A DNA stretch of 64,000 nt, the filler included. It is 9 parts of 9 records of this genome, joined end to end, with 100 filler letters (N's around TTAATTAATTAA, not from the genome) between each part and the next. Parts side by side here need not be neighbours in the genome. Positions count along the whole stretch, not along the records: positions 35,906 to 42,546 come from SRR31147125_55010; positions 42,647 to 49,658 come from SRR31147125_55029; 7 more parts are not named here. One strand, written 5' to 3'. Position numbers and translations under genes: made by a program. The notes under the pieces were generated by a model, which had not been told where the DNA came from, did not search any database, and saw only the letters and a program-made list of their open reading frames with translations. Shown one piece after another: positions 39,010 through 48,841 of this stretch. The first letter of the stretch is position 1; each line of letters opens with the position of its first letter.

Positions 39010-42000
39010 ATGAAACGTTCAACAAGTATATGCCGTGTCTTTATTATTGGTCTGCTTTTGCTGGTGTGGATGGGTTCTGTTTCAGTCGCTATAGCGGATT
39101 CACAAAATATGTGGAATCAGTTGAATGAGAATGAAAAGAAACAGGTTCTGGAAAAATTAAAAACCGAATTACCCGCGCTTTTAGAAGATGGTCCCATGAA
39201 AGAGTATGCCGAGAAAATTACCAGCTATGATATTGCAACGATCTCGACACTACTGGGTGAAGTGAGTGCCGGGGAATATCACAACATGATGAATTACACG
39301 GCCACGGAAGGGGCTAAATATTTATCCGAACAGTTTAAAGAAAGCCTGCCGGATGGTTATGGTAAACAAGTTTATGAAAGCCTGGAAGGCCATTCGGATA
39401 AGGTGTTAGAGATCGGCCGGGCCATGATGGATCCGCGCAAGGATTGGAGTCAGGTTGCCACGCTTGCCTGGGACAAAACTAAAGAGGCGGTCAAAGCGGA
39501 CCTGGAAGCCAAATCGCAAGAGGTCTTTACCGGCTTTATGGATTACATTCTAGGAAAAGGAGCTGGTAATCTGTACATCCAGGCGATACAGGCTGAAATC
39601 GTCATGATCAAAGCGTTTGAAAAACGGATTGTCAGGGATTCGCAAAACAATTTGTACCGGAAATACATGGAACACTATACTGGACCGGGCAGTGAAAATG
39701 CCGCATGGGAGGCTATTCGCCCTCTGACGGTCGGGGCCGTTCGGGATTTGCGAGAGGGAACGGAAACCGCTTACTCTATGGCCTTTCGTGATTTTTCCGA
39801 AGATCAGATACGGCAGCTGTTTGCAGCCTGTGCCAATGAACAAGGGTACGAGTTTTTCTCATGGCTGGAGAGAAAAAGAATGGATCGCGAGCACCAGGCC
39901 TTTATGCAGAAAAAGAAAGACATGGAAGAGGCCGTGCAAAAAACCCAGGCGCTGCACAAGAAACTGTACCGGAATATGCAGCGTATCTTGCTGGCAGGAA
40001 TCCGCAAGGAAAAAGGTGAAGAGGGAAAGGATGAAGCAGACAAAGTCCTTGCAGCGAATATGAGCCTGTACGGTCAGATTCAACGTGCCGCAAAGCTGAT
40101 TACCGAAACCTGTAAAACCGGCGAAGGACTGGACAGTGAGTACATTGCAGCGGAAGCCATTGTCAAAGAGGCCATTCGTATCGAATCCCGGTTGAAATCG
40201 ACCAATAACACGGTTGTGCAACAGTGGAAAGCTTATTCGGCTGGTATCGAGGAATTGAAAGGCATGTTAAAAGGTATAACAGCCACGCTGGAACCATTGC
40301 GGCGCAATAGTGATGTTGTCATCGAGGCAACTGCCGAAGCCTGCGGCGCTTATGACAACGCCCGCGCCGCGACCAGTGAGGAGGATGCAAAAACAGCCCT
40401 GCAAACTGCCATAGAATCGATCCGCACGGCGCGCCAGGCAGCGGAAGCCGTGTTGAGTGTGGATGTTGAGACCATGCAGAGTCGTCTGGCTCAGAAAGCT
40501 CAGGACGTTGCAGCCCTCAAGCCGGAAAGGTCCATGGATGACGTGGTTTACGAGTTTAACAAGTTTCTACCCCAGCTGGCCAGTGCGGAAGAGGCATTGA
40601 ATACATGTAACCGGGTTGCCAGAGAATCCAGATCGCTTAAGAATATAAATGATACACGGCAGCACTGGTTAAAGCAGCAGATTGCCGCTTTGTTATCAGC
40701 GCTCAAAGCATATCGGTACAGTGAAGATGTGGATAAAGTGATGCTTGACGTCGAAGGCATTCAATCGGATATCAACTGTCTTATATCCGTGTGGGATCTC
40801 ATAACACACAAGTTCGACAAAAACATCGCGACACTCGCCCAGCAGGTGCATGCCAATGAAACACCGGAAGCCGTAGCAAAACAGGCTGACGCCGTGTTTG
40901 GCATTGTTGCCAGTGTGGACGTCGGCCTGGTTATGGGCGAACAGTGTCTTGCCAACACGGTGCTTATTGTCAATGACTGGATCAAAAAGCGCAAGGATGC
41001 CACACCGTTCTCCATCAGTGGATTGGTGCTGGATAACGGCAATGTTGCAGATGGCGCAGTGGTCTCCTGTCGTGGTGCCAATGTGCTTACCAATGCCGCA
41101 GGTGAATTTACATTGAGCGGATTTTATGGTGAAGAGAATGAAGAATTTGCTGTGTCTGCGAGTAAACTGGGCAAAGCCGGCGGTGCGGTGGTCATATATG
41201 CAGGCGGCGATGTTGGCGGAGTGTCCATTTCTTTGGATGAAAAGGCTGAAACAGCCTTTTCCATCGGCGCCACGGTATTGCAGGAGGGTAATCCTGTTGA
41301 AAGTGCCAGTGTGTCTAGCCAGGGAACCACAGACGCGACCGACGCTGGAGGCTCATTTCTGCTTGGTGGGCTGAGCGGCAAGCTGGAGGAGCAGTATAAC
41401 ATAGCCGTCAGCAAAGGAGATCAAAGTGGCGGCGGTGCCGTGGTTTACCGTGGTCAGAGTCTGTCAGGGATCATTCTCACCCTGCCACCAGCCACTCCGG
41501 AAGATGTGACGGTTGATGAAGCGGTTGATGACATCACCGAAGACAATCCTGATTTGTGTGATCCAATGCAGATCCAATCAAATAAATCGACATTGAAACA
41601 GGCCGCCAGTCAGGGCATGAGTGATTATACGAAATTTAATGAAAGCTATAGTATGGCGCAGCAAGAGATTAACCGCCAGGCATCCAATCCTGTGGATAAT
41701 GCAGTTATTATACAGGCTATTCGCAGCATGGAAACAACAATTGGTACACATGAAAATATAGTGGAACTGATACAAAACATGAGTGCGGACCTGTTGTCAC
41801 GCTCTGCCTGCCCGGATATGGATATGTCGCTCACGGATATCGTAAGTTTACGCGAAACAGCTGTGTCTCAACATCAGGAAATGGTTGGCAATCTGGCTGC
41901 CATTAAAGGCGAATTGAAACGTTATGGCGCGGATGAAGAAAATATAGCCGAAAACGGTCAATCGAACACGGATGATGATAGCCCGACCGATTTTACCAAA

Positions 42001-42378
42001 GGCGGCGGCACCAACGAGGAATTGCCGGGCGATTCCTATGACCAGGATGGCGATGGTGAACAGGATGAAGGATTTGTTTCTGTGGGTGGTAAAAATGTGG
42101 CGATTTATGTGTTTGATTCCGGTACGGCCAAAGATGATGCCTTTATGGTCTCCGTACCCGGCCAGATTGGCGGCGGCACAACCGACCCCGGCGGCGGCCA
42201 CTATTTTTACTTTAGCCTAGCACCGGGTGATTACCAGGCGATCGTCACTGTCATCCTCGCCCCGGACGACGTCGGTACCTACACAGCCCGGATTATTCAT
42301 AACGGCACCATCCTAAAGGAAAGCGGCGGCTCCCCGGCACAGGGGACAACCGCGACGATTCCGTTTCATATTGATTAG
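39010..42378 (+). CDS. large secreted multidomain hypothetical protein (1122 aa)
   Basis: signal peptide; long helical region; two 83-aa Ig-like repeats; DQDGDGEQDEG acidic loop; C-terminal beta-sandwich. Confidence 0.8.
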   Translation: MKRSTSICRVFIIGLLLLVWMGSVSVAIADSQNMWNQLNENEKKQVLEKLKTELPALLEDGPMKEYAEKITSYDIATISTLLGEVSAGEYHNMMNYTATEGAKYLSEQFKESLPDGYGKQVYESLEGHSDKVLEIGRAMMDPRKDWSQVATLAWDKTKEAVKADLEAKSQEVFTGFMDYILGKGAGNLYIQAIQAEIVMIKAFEKRIVRDSQNNLYRKYMEHYTGPGSENAAWEAIRPLTVGAVRDLREGTETAYSMAFRDFSEDQIRQLFAACANEQGYEFFSWLERKRMDREHQAFMQKKKDMEEAVQKTQALHKKLYRNMQRILLAGIRKEKGEEGKDEADKVLAANMSLYGQIQRAAKLITETCKTGEGLDSEYIAAEAIVKEAIRIESRLKSTNNTVVQQWKAYSAGIEELKGMLKGITATLEPLRRNSDVVIEATAEACGAYDNARAATSEEDAKTALQTAIESIRTARQAAEAVLSVDVETMQSRLAQKAQDVAALKPERSMDDVVYEFNKFLPQLASAEEALNTCNRVARESRSLKNINDTRQHWLKQQIAALLSALKAYRYSEDVDKVMLDVEGIQSDINCLISVWDLITHKFDKNIATLAQQVHANETPEAVAKQADAVFGIVASVDVGLVMGEQCLANTVLIVNDWIKKRKDATPFSISGLVLDNGNVADGAVVSCRGANVLTNAAGEFTLSGFYGEENEEFAVSASKLGKAGGAVVIYAGGDVGGVSISLDEKAETAFSIGATVLQEGNPVESASVSSQGTTDATDAGGSFLLGGLSGKLEEQYNIAVSKGDQSGGGAVVYRGQSLSGIILTLPPATPEDVTVDEAVDDITEDNPDLCDPMQIQSNKSTLKQAASQGMSDYTKFNESYSMAQQEINRQASNPVDNAVIIQAIRSMETTIGTHENIVELIQNMSADLLSRSACPDMDMSLTDIVSLRETAVSQHQEMVGNLAAIKGELKRYGADEENIAENGQSNTDDDSPTDFTKGGGTNEELPGDSYDQDGDGEQDEGFVSVGGKNVAIYVFDSGTAKDDAFMVSVPGQIGGGTTDPGGGHYFYFSLAPGDYQAIVTVILAPDDVGTYTARIIHNGTILKESGGSPAQGTTATIPFHID
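41005..41487 (+). repeat. two tandem 83-aa carboxypeptidase-regulatory/Ig-like repeats
   Basis: PFSISGLVLDNGN..TNAAGEFTL..SKLGKAGGAVVIY versus AFSIGATVLQEGN..TDAGGSFLL..SKGDQSGGGAVVY; period 249 nt. Confidence 0.8.
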
Positions 42379-42390
42379 CAGGGATCATCC

Positions 42391-42430
42391 AGCCTCCCGG
42401 AGGTGGTCCACCTCCGGGAGGCTTTTGTTT
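42391..42430 (+). terminator. strong hairpin terminator
   Basis: AGCCTCCCGGAGGTG/CACCTCCGGGAGGCT 15-bp stem followed by Ts. Confidence 0.85.
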
Positions 42431-42546
42431 CGGCATTAAAGCTGGAAAGATTAATGGATGTACCTTTGTATGGAATCAGTCGACTCAGCTCAGGATGACT
42501 TGGGGAGGTCTGATGAGGAAGATAAAGTAAGCAATGCCCGGAGTGT

Positions 42547-42646
42547 NNNNNNNNNNNNNNNNNNNNNNNNNNNNNNNNNNNNNNNNNNNNTTAATTAATT
42601 AANNNNNNNNNNNNNNNNNNNNNNNNNNNNNNNNNNNNNNNNNNNN
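42547..42646. other. artificial contig linker
   Basis: N-run/TTAATTAATTAA/N-run. Confidence 0.98.
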
Positions 42647-43014
42647 TTTCAACTGCCGAACCCTGGATAAGGGTGAATCCGGCGTATATGAGGATCAATG
42701 CCGCTGCTGAGGACGGCCATCCCCGATCGGTCCTGAACTACTACCGGAAACTCATAAAAGTAAGGAAGGAGAATCCTGCTTTGGTCTACGGCCGGTACCG
42801 GCTGCTGGAATCATTACCAGAGGTTTATGCTTTTACGAAAGAACTGGAGGAAGAGAGGCTTCTCGTTGTTTTGAATATCTCTGAAAAAGAGAATATCTTT
42901 GATTTCTCCGGTTTTTCTCCAGAGTTTTTTGTGATTAGCAACTATGTGGAAAAGAACTCCTCCTCCGGGAAAACGGTTCTGAGGCCCTATGAGGCCATGA
43001 TTTTACAACTTTAA
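42647..43014 (+). CDS. GH13 alpha-glucosidase/oligo-1,6-glucosidase C-terminus (5'-partial)
   Basis: PWIRVNP.Y..IN, SVLNYYRKLI..RK, VYAF, LRPYEA. Confidence 0.8.
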
Positions 43015-43031
43015 TTAAGAAGGAATGGGTA

Positions 43032-43838
43032 ATGAAGATAATCGGTGCGGTAATCAATACAAGTGTGGACGGAATCGACGGGATGATAGAGGCCCGGGAT
43101 GAGAAGAAACTGATCGAACTTGCGAAGATGCAGATCGGTTTCGGGGCCGAAATGCTTGCGATCAATTGCGGTACCAGGCTTGCAACGGAACCCGAGGATA
43201 TCCGCTGGATGTTTCAGACTATCCAGAACGAACTGGAGATCCCCCTCTGCATCGACTCTCCCAACCCTGAAGCCCACAGGGCGGGACTGGAGGTCCACCG
43301 GCACGGCCGGGCCCTGGTGGACTCGATCACGGGAGAACAGAAACGTATTGATGCCATCATGCCGCTTGTTGCAGCACATAATGCTCAGGTGGTCGCCATC
43401 CTGCAGAACGAAAAGACCCCGCCGGAGGATATTCACGGACGGTTGGCGGTCATTCCCCGGGTCCTTGAGGCAGCGGATAAATTCGGGGTGGCTCAGAAGG
43501 ATATCTATATCGACTCCATGGTTTTTCCCCTTTCAGTGGATGGAAAGAACGGGGAGCTCTACTTCGAGACCATGCGACGTGTAAGAGAGCAGTACCCGGA
43601 ACTGAAAACTATCTGCGGTCTGAACAATATCTCCTACGGTCTGCCGGCGGAAGATTTGATCAACTCTGCCTTTGCCGTCTCCTGTGCCGCCCGGGGACAG
43701 GATGCAATCTTTATTGAAATCACGAAAGGGTCTGCAGCAGTCCTCCGGGCTCTGAAGATCCTTGAGGGGAAGGATGAATACGCCGTTGAGTATCTGGGGG
43801 CATTCCGGCGCGGTGAGCTGGCTGTTTTTTCGAACTGA
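43032..43838 (+). CDS. pterin-binding methyltetrahydrofolate:corrinoid methyltransferase (AcsE/MeTr-like)
   Basis: MKIIG..IN, PLCIDSPN, DSITGE, IYID..VFP, CGLNNISYGLP, GKDEYA..YL.AFR. Confidence 0.82.
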   Translation: MKIIGAVINTSVDGIDGMIEARDEKKLIELAKMQIGFGAEMLAINCGTRLATEPEDIRWMFQTIQNELEIPLCIDSPNPEAHRAGLEVHRHGRALVDSITGEQKRIDAIMPLVAAHNAQVVAILQNEKTPPEDIHGRLAVIPRVLEAADKFGVAQKDIYIDSMVFPLSVDGKNGELYFETMRRVREQYPELKTICGLNNISYGLPAEDLINSAFAVSCAARGQDAIFIEITKGSAAVLRALKILEGKDEYAVEYLGAFRRGELAVFSN

Positions 43839-43863
43839 TAGGAAATATTGGGTGATTCTATGT

Positions 43864-43891
43864 AAAAAAAATACCCCGGTGTGAACCGGGG
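43864..43891 (-). terminator. terminator between convergent genes
   Basis: CCCCGGT/ACCGGGG stem with an adjacent A-run (T-tail on the minus strand). Confidence 0.7.
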
Positions 43892-43919
43892 CATAATCTT
43901 AATAAAAGATTGTGTAAGA

Positions 43920-44930
43920 TTACATCTCAATCTTGTCCAGCCATTCGGCGGGGTCGAGGGTACCGTCGATGATGGCCTGCTGATCGGCCATGATTTCATC
44001 CTGAAGTTCCTGGGGAACAACGTCGGACCATGTGCCCATGTACTCCCAGCCATCGGCTACGGAGGCGATGATGTGTTCGGCTTTCCAGTTGCCTTCAACA
44101 AGGGCTCTACCCTGGTCTACGATAAGACCGGTAACAGCCTGAATACCGGAGGTGATAACGATTTCGGGAGCGAGGTGATTAAAGTCACCAACCCAGCCGA
44201 TAACGTAGGCGCCGGCTTCTTCGGCGGCCTTGATGGCTCCGAAGTCACAGGCATCACCGATGGCGATGATAACGTCTACACCCTGATTGATCTGGGCAAG
44301 GGCGGCTTCTTTACCTTTGTTAACATCAACCCAGCTTCCAGTGTAGGCAACGGAAACGGTGGCGTCGGGGTTGAACTGGGGAACAATCTGTTTGATAACT
44401 TCAACTTCCATGGCAATGGAGGGGATCTCCATGGCGCCTACGAAGCCGATTTTATCGGTTTTGGTGAACTTGGCGGCGAGTTTACCGGCGAGGTAGCTCA
44501 GAACACCCTGTTCAAAGATGGAAGAGCCGACATTGTCTCCGAGGGCGATACCACCGACCTGGTAGAAGGCAATATCGGGGAACTCGGGAGCCACTTCCAT
44601 CAGGGCTTCACCGTATTCGAAACCGTGGCCGACAATAAGGTCGTAACCTTTCTTGGCGTAGTTTCTGAGGATGGACTTCTGGGCGGACTGCTGTACATTT
44701 TCGGTGTAGGCAATTTCGAATCCGTACTCTTCTTCAAGTCCGACGAGCCCTTCATAAGCGAGAGTATTCCAGCCTCCGTCATTAATGGGGCCTGAAGTCA
44801 AGAGCGCGGCTTTGAGCACATCCGCTTCTTCGGCGGCTGCGGGAGTTTCCGCGGGTTCCTGCTGTCCACCCGCGAAGAGGGTGCCGACGGCGAGAACGGC
44901 CATTAACAGCACGATCATTCCTTTTTTCAT
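43920..44930 (-). CDS. BMP/PnrA-family ABC substrate-binding protein (nucleoside-type)
   Basis: spirochaete-type leader MKK..LFAGGQQE; GPINDGGWN, GHGFEY, IGFVGA, YTGSW.D..KG. Confidence 0.9.
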   Translation of the reverse strand: MKKGMIVLLMAVLAVGTLFAGGQQEPAETPAAAEEADVLKAALLTSGPINDGGWNTLAYEGLVGLEEEYGFEIAYTENVQQSAQKSILRNYAKKGYDLIVGHGFEYGEALMEVAPEFPDIAFYQVGGIALGDNVGSSIFEQGVLSYLAGKLAAKFTKTDKIGFVGAMEIPSIAMEVEVIKQIVPQFNPDATVSVAYTGSWVDVNKGKEAALAQINQGVDVIIAIGDACDFGAIKAAEEAGAYVIGWVGDFNHLAPEIVITSGIQAVTGLIVDQGRALVEGNWKAEHIIASVADGWEYMGTWSDVVPQELQDEIMADQQAIIDGTLDPAEWLDKIEM

Positions 44931-44988
44931 TCCGATTCTCCTTTGGTTTTGTGACACTGCTTCTCTATAGAAGGTGTCTTGTTTAGGT

Positions 44989-45052
44989 AGTTGTATAAAC
45001 AAGTAGATGTATATACTTGAACTAATTCTACCACCGCTGGGCCGTTTGTCAA
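44989..45052 (-). promoter_or_regulatory. BMP promoter with tandem HutC/GntR-type boxes
   Basis: TTGACA-16-TAGAAT on the minus strand (45052-45025); TTGTATAAACAA and ATGTATATAC just downstream. Confidence 0.6.
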
Positions 45053-45186
45053 TGTTTTTTTTGATCGAAAATGTTATACAGGATTGTAATATTTGATAAA
45101 TATTTATATTGTAAGGAATTAATAATTGTTGAACTCAATTGTTTCAAAAATTACATTTCGGTTGTAAAAGGGCTCTTAAATAAATG

Positions 45187-45238
45187 TTGACAGAATTATA
45201 TTCTGGTTCTAAGATGAAGCCAACTTGTTTATACATCT
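45187..45238 (+). promoter_or_regulatory. ABC operon promoter with HutC/GntR-type box
   Basis: TTGACA-17-TAAGAT followed by ACTTGTTTATACATCT. Confidence 0.6.
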
Positions 45239-45249
45239 ATATCATGTAG

Positions 45250-46812
45250 ATGATGGTGTTATCGAAATTAAAGGGGAAAAAATTGGGAGCTTTACTTGAA
45301 ATCAAGGGAGCACGGAAGCAGTTCTCCAGGGTTCTGGCCAACGATGATGTGGATCTTTCCGTCGACAGGGGAGAGATTCGGGCGCTTCTGGGAGAAAACG
45401 GGGCCGGGAAATCGACCCTGATGAGCTGTCTATACGGCCTCTTCAAGCTGGATGCCGGTGAAATCTATATTGATGGTGAGAAAGTTGTTATTCAGAACTG
45501 TAATGAAGCCATCCGGCTGGGGATTGGAATGGTCAACCAGCACTTTATGCTCGTCCAGAAGCTGACGGTTGTCGAAAATGTCATCTTGGGCCTGAAATCA
45601 AAGAAATGGCCCTGGGTTGATCTGGATTCTGCGGCAAAAAAAATTAAACAGTTGTCGGATAAGTACCATTTTAATATCGATCCCTATGCCAGGGTTGAAG
45701 ATCTGTCGGTTGGAATGGAGCAGCGTGTCGAAATCCTGAAAGTCCTCTATAGAGAATCTCAGATAATGATTTTCGATGAGCCGACGGCTGTTCTGACGCC
45801 CAATGAGGTGCTGGATTTTTTTGAAATATTAAAGAAGTTCAAGGCCGAAGGACGGACAATACTTTTTATCACCCACAAACTGAACGAAGTTATGACAATC
45901 TGCGACAGTGTGACGGTTCTTCGGGACGGCAAACTGGTGGGCAATGTTCTGACCAAAGATACCACTGAATCGGAGCTGGCCAAGATGATGGTCGGCCGGG
46001 AGATTGAACTCCAGAAAGCGGCTCTGGCTGAAAAAGTCGGTGAGGTGGTTCTGTCGGTTAAAGACCTGCATGTGAATAACACTCTGGATATAGGTGCCGT
46101 CAACGGACTCTCCTTTGATGTCCGGGAAGGGGAGATTCTGGGTATAGCCGGCGTCGACGGGAACGGTCAGCTGGAGTTGGGACAGGCGATCACCGGCCTT
46201 ACAAAGGCGGAGCGTGGAACAGTCTCCATCAGCGGAGTCGAGACGACCCTTTTTGATCCGGGGAAACTGCTCAGGGAAGGAGTCTCCCATATTCCTCAGG
46301 ACAGGCATAAGACAGGACTTATACTCGACTATTCGGTGGAGGATAACCTTGTATCCAAGGAGATAGGTCAGGAGCCTTTTTCGAAATACGGTGTCATCAA
46401 CAGAAAAAAGATTCGTGAACATGCAGACCGTTTAATAGAAGGATTTGATATAAGGGTTTCCGGAGCCGACACTCTGGCCAAGCAGCTTTCGGGGGGGAAT
46501 CAGCAGAAGATTATTCTGGCCCGGGAGTTCGATCGGAAACCGAAGCTTATTATTGCTATCCAGCCGACCCGGGGCGTTGATATTGCCGCCATTGAATTTG
46601 TTCGTAAGGAGCTGATCAACCAAAGGGATTCCGGAGCGGCTGTCCTCCTTATTTCCACCGAACTGGAAGAGGTTATGGCCCTTTCCGATCGGATAGAGGT
46701 TATTTACGAGGGGGAATTTACAGGTTCCATTGAAGGAAAGAATGTGGATCCCCTGAAGATCGGTCTGCAGATGGCTGGAAACAAAGTGGACAATGCGGAG
46801 GCAGGGAACTAG
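45250..46812 (+). CDS. CUT2-type ABC transporter ATPase with two domains (start may be TTG near 45283)
   Basis: GENGAGKST, DEPTAVL, LSGGNQQK, QPTRGVD. Confidence 0.95.
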   Translation: MMVLSKLKGKKLGALLEIKGARKQFSRVLANDDVDLSVDRGEIRALLGENGAGKSTLMSCLYGLFKLDAGEIYIDGEKVVIQNCNEAIRLGIGMVNQHFMLVQKLTVVENVILGLKSKKWPWVDLDSAAKKIKQLSDKYHFNIDPYARVEDLSVGMEQRVEILKVLYRESQIMIFDEPTAVLTPNEVLDFFEILKKFKAEGRTILFITHKLNEVMTICDSVTVLRDGKLVGNVLTKDTTESELAKMMVGREIELQKAALAEKVGEVVLSVKDLHVNNTLDIGAVNGLSFDVREGEILGIAGVDGNGQLELGQAITGLTKAERGTVSISGVETTLFDPGKLLREGVSHIPQDRHKTGLILDYSVEDNLVSKEIGQEPFSKYGVINRKKIREHADRLIEGFDIRVSGADTLAKQLSGGNQQKIILAREFDRKPKLIIAIQPTRGVDIAAIEFVRKELINQRDSGAAVLLISTELEEVMALSDRIEVIYEGEFTGSIEGKNVDPLKIGLQMAGNKVDNAEAGN

Positions 46813-46813
46813 A

Positions 46814-47893
46814 ATGAAAATACAGCAGTTTTTAAAAGAGAGAATTGATTTAAAGAAATTCTCCAGACTCCTGATTCCCATAGGGGGCGTTTTACTGGGG
46901 ATGGTCGTTGGATCTCTCCTGGTTGTTTCGGATGAGGTCAGTCTCTTTCAGGTTCTGGGACAGCTCCTCTACGGAGCTTTCGGTTCTCTGGATAATCTCT
47001 CGGAAAGCCTGATTTATACTATTCCTCTGGGATTTACAGGATTGGCTATCGCTTTTTCCTACAGTGCGGGGATATTCAATATCGGCTGTGAGGGACAGCT
47101 TCAACTGGCAGCCATTGCCACAACAATTGTGGCTACATCCACCGTTTTTGCCAACCCTTTCATCCATGTCTCCCTGGCTCTATTGGCAGGGATTACCGCC
47201 GGGGCTCTTTTTGCCTTTGTCCCTGCGGTGCTGAAGGCTTATAAGGGATTCAACGAAATAGTCGTCACGATGCTGCTCAATTACATCGCCATCCTCTTTG
47301 TCTCCTTCTGTGTACAGGGGCCTATCAAGGATCCGGATGGATACTTTCCCCAGTCAAGAAAGGTCGCTGAGACAGCTCTCTTAAATCCGATTTTCGATGG
47401 TTTTAAACTTCATACAGGATTCTGGCTCTTCCTCGTCTGTGTCGTAGTGATCACCTTTCTTCTGTATAAGACAACTTTCGGGTTCAAGGTCAGGAGTACC
47501 GGTTTCAATGTCAGCGGTTCGAAGTATGCGGGCGTTAAAGTCCGGCGGATTATGGTTTACGCCATGCTTGTTTCCGGCGCTTTGGCGGGGCTTGCCGGTT
47601 CAGTTGAAATTATGGGAGTTCACAAGAGACTTCTGGAGGGATTTTCACCGGGTTACGGATATGATGCCATCGCCGTCTGTTTAATTGCCAATCTTAATCC
47701 CGTGGGGATTATATTTTCATCCTTCTTTTTCGGGGCCCTGCGGAATGCGGCGGCCAACCTGCAGATTGAGTTCGGGATTCCGGTTTCCTTTGTCTACATC
47801 ATCCAGGGGCTGGCGATCCTTTTCGTTATCGGGTCCCAGGGGTTTCCGAAGTTTGTGAAGAGTTTAAGGAGAAAACTGAAGAATGTTCGCTGA
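46814..47893 (+). CDS. ABC transporter permease
   Basis: FNIG.EGQ, NEIV.T.MLNY, GYG.DAIAV; multiple TM helices. Confidence 0.92.
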   Translation: MKIQQFLKERIDLKKFSRLLIPIGGVLLGMVVGSLLVVSDEVSLFQVLGQLLYGAFGSLDNLSESLIYTIPLGFTGLAIAFSYSAGIFNIGCEGQLQLAAIATTIVATSTVFANPFIHVSLALLAGITAGALFAFVPAVLKAYKGFNEIVVTMLLNYIAILFVSFCVQGPIKDPDGYFPQSRKVAETALLNPIFDGFKLHTGFWLFLVCVVVITFLLYKTTFGFKVRSTGFNVSGSKYAGVKVRRIMVYAMLVSGALAGLAGSVEIMGVHKRLLEGFSPGYGYDAIAVCLIANLNPVGIIFSSFFFGALRNAAANLQIEFGIPVSFVYIIQGLAILFVIGSQGFPKFVKSLRRKLKNVR

Positions 47894-48818
47894 AATATTA
47901 ACCGTAATTATTTCTGCCGAGTTTCTCGGCAGTGTATTAAGACTGGCCACCCCGCTGCTGCTCGCCACCATGGGGTCGATCTTTGTTGAAAGGTCGGGTG
48001 TCCTCTTTCTGGGCCTGGAAGGGTTTATGCTGATGGGTGCCTTCTTCGGATTCGTCGGGGGGATCTTCGGCGGCCCCTTGGTCGGGGTTCTTCTGGCCGT
48101 GGGAGCCTGTCTCCTGATGGGACTGCTCTACGCCTTCTTCACGGTGACCCTGGCGGTCAATCAGGTAGTCGTGAGTGTTTCGATCAACCTTTTCGCCCTG
48201 GGTATGACCTCCTCCTTTCTGCGATTGATATTCGGAATATCGACACAGCAGCTGGAATCTCCCAAGCTGTTTCCCGTAGCGATACCCCTCTTGTCGAAGA
48301 TTCCCTATCTGGGAACCATTTTCAATCAGACACTCTTTACCTATCTTGGATACATTCTTGTACCCGTGGTCTTCGTCATCTTTTTCAAGACCAACTGGGG
48401 ATTGAAGATCCGGGCGGTAGGGGAGAACCCCAAGGCTGCTGAAACCATGGGAGTGAAGGTTTCCCGTATCCGATATGGTGCCATCCTTTGGGCCTCCGTT
48501 TTCGCCGCCATAGGCGGTGCGTCCCTGACTATCGGGGACCTGGGGCTCTTTGTGGATAATATGGTGGCCGGTAAGGGATTTATCGGGTTTGCAGCCATCA
48601 TTCTGGGCCGTTTTCATCCCGTCTGGACCATGGTGACCGTGGTTTTCTTCGGTCTGGTAGAAGCTTTCCAGCTGAACCTTCAGGCCATGGGATCATCAAT
48701 CCCCTATCAGTTTCCACTGATGCTTCCCTACGCGCTGACCCTTATTGCCTTTCTGATTGCCGGTTCCGGTCTGGCTCCAAAGGCTTGGGGCGAACCCTAT
48801 GCGTCGGAGGATGAGTAA
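47883..48818 (+). CDS. ABC transporter permease
   Basis: ERSGV..LGLEG, RAVGENP.AA...G, GKGFI..AA; multiple TM helices. Confidence 0.92.
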   Translation: MFAEILTVIISAEFLGSVLRLATPLLLATMGSIFVERSGVLFLGLEGFMLMGAFFGFVGGIFGGPLVGVLLAVGACLLMGLLYAFFTVTLAVNQVVVSVSINLFALGMTSSFLRLIFGISTQQLESPKLFPVAIPLLSKIPYLGTIFNQTLFTYLGYILVPVVFVIFFKTNWGLKIRAVGENPKAAETMGVKVSRIRYGAILWASVFAAIGGASLTIGDLGLFVDNMVAGKGFIGFAAIILGRFHPVWTMVTVVFFGLVEAFQLNLQAMGSSIPYQFPLMLPYALTLIAFLIAGSGLAPKAWGEPYASEDE

Positions 48819-48841
48819 GGATATTTATAAGGACAACCAAG

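Noticed and set aside
43881-44795. 304-aa plus-strand ORF
   Set aside because: Antisense shadow of the BMP gene, with no recognisable motifs.
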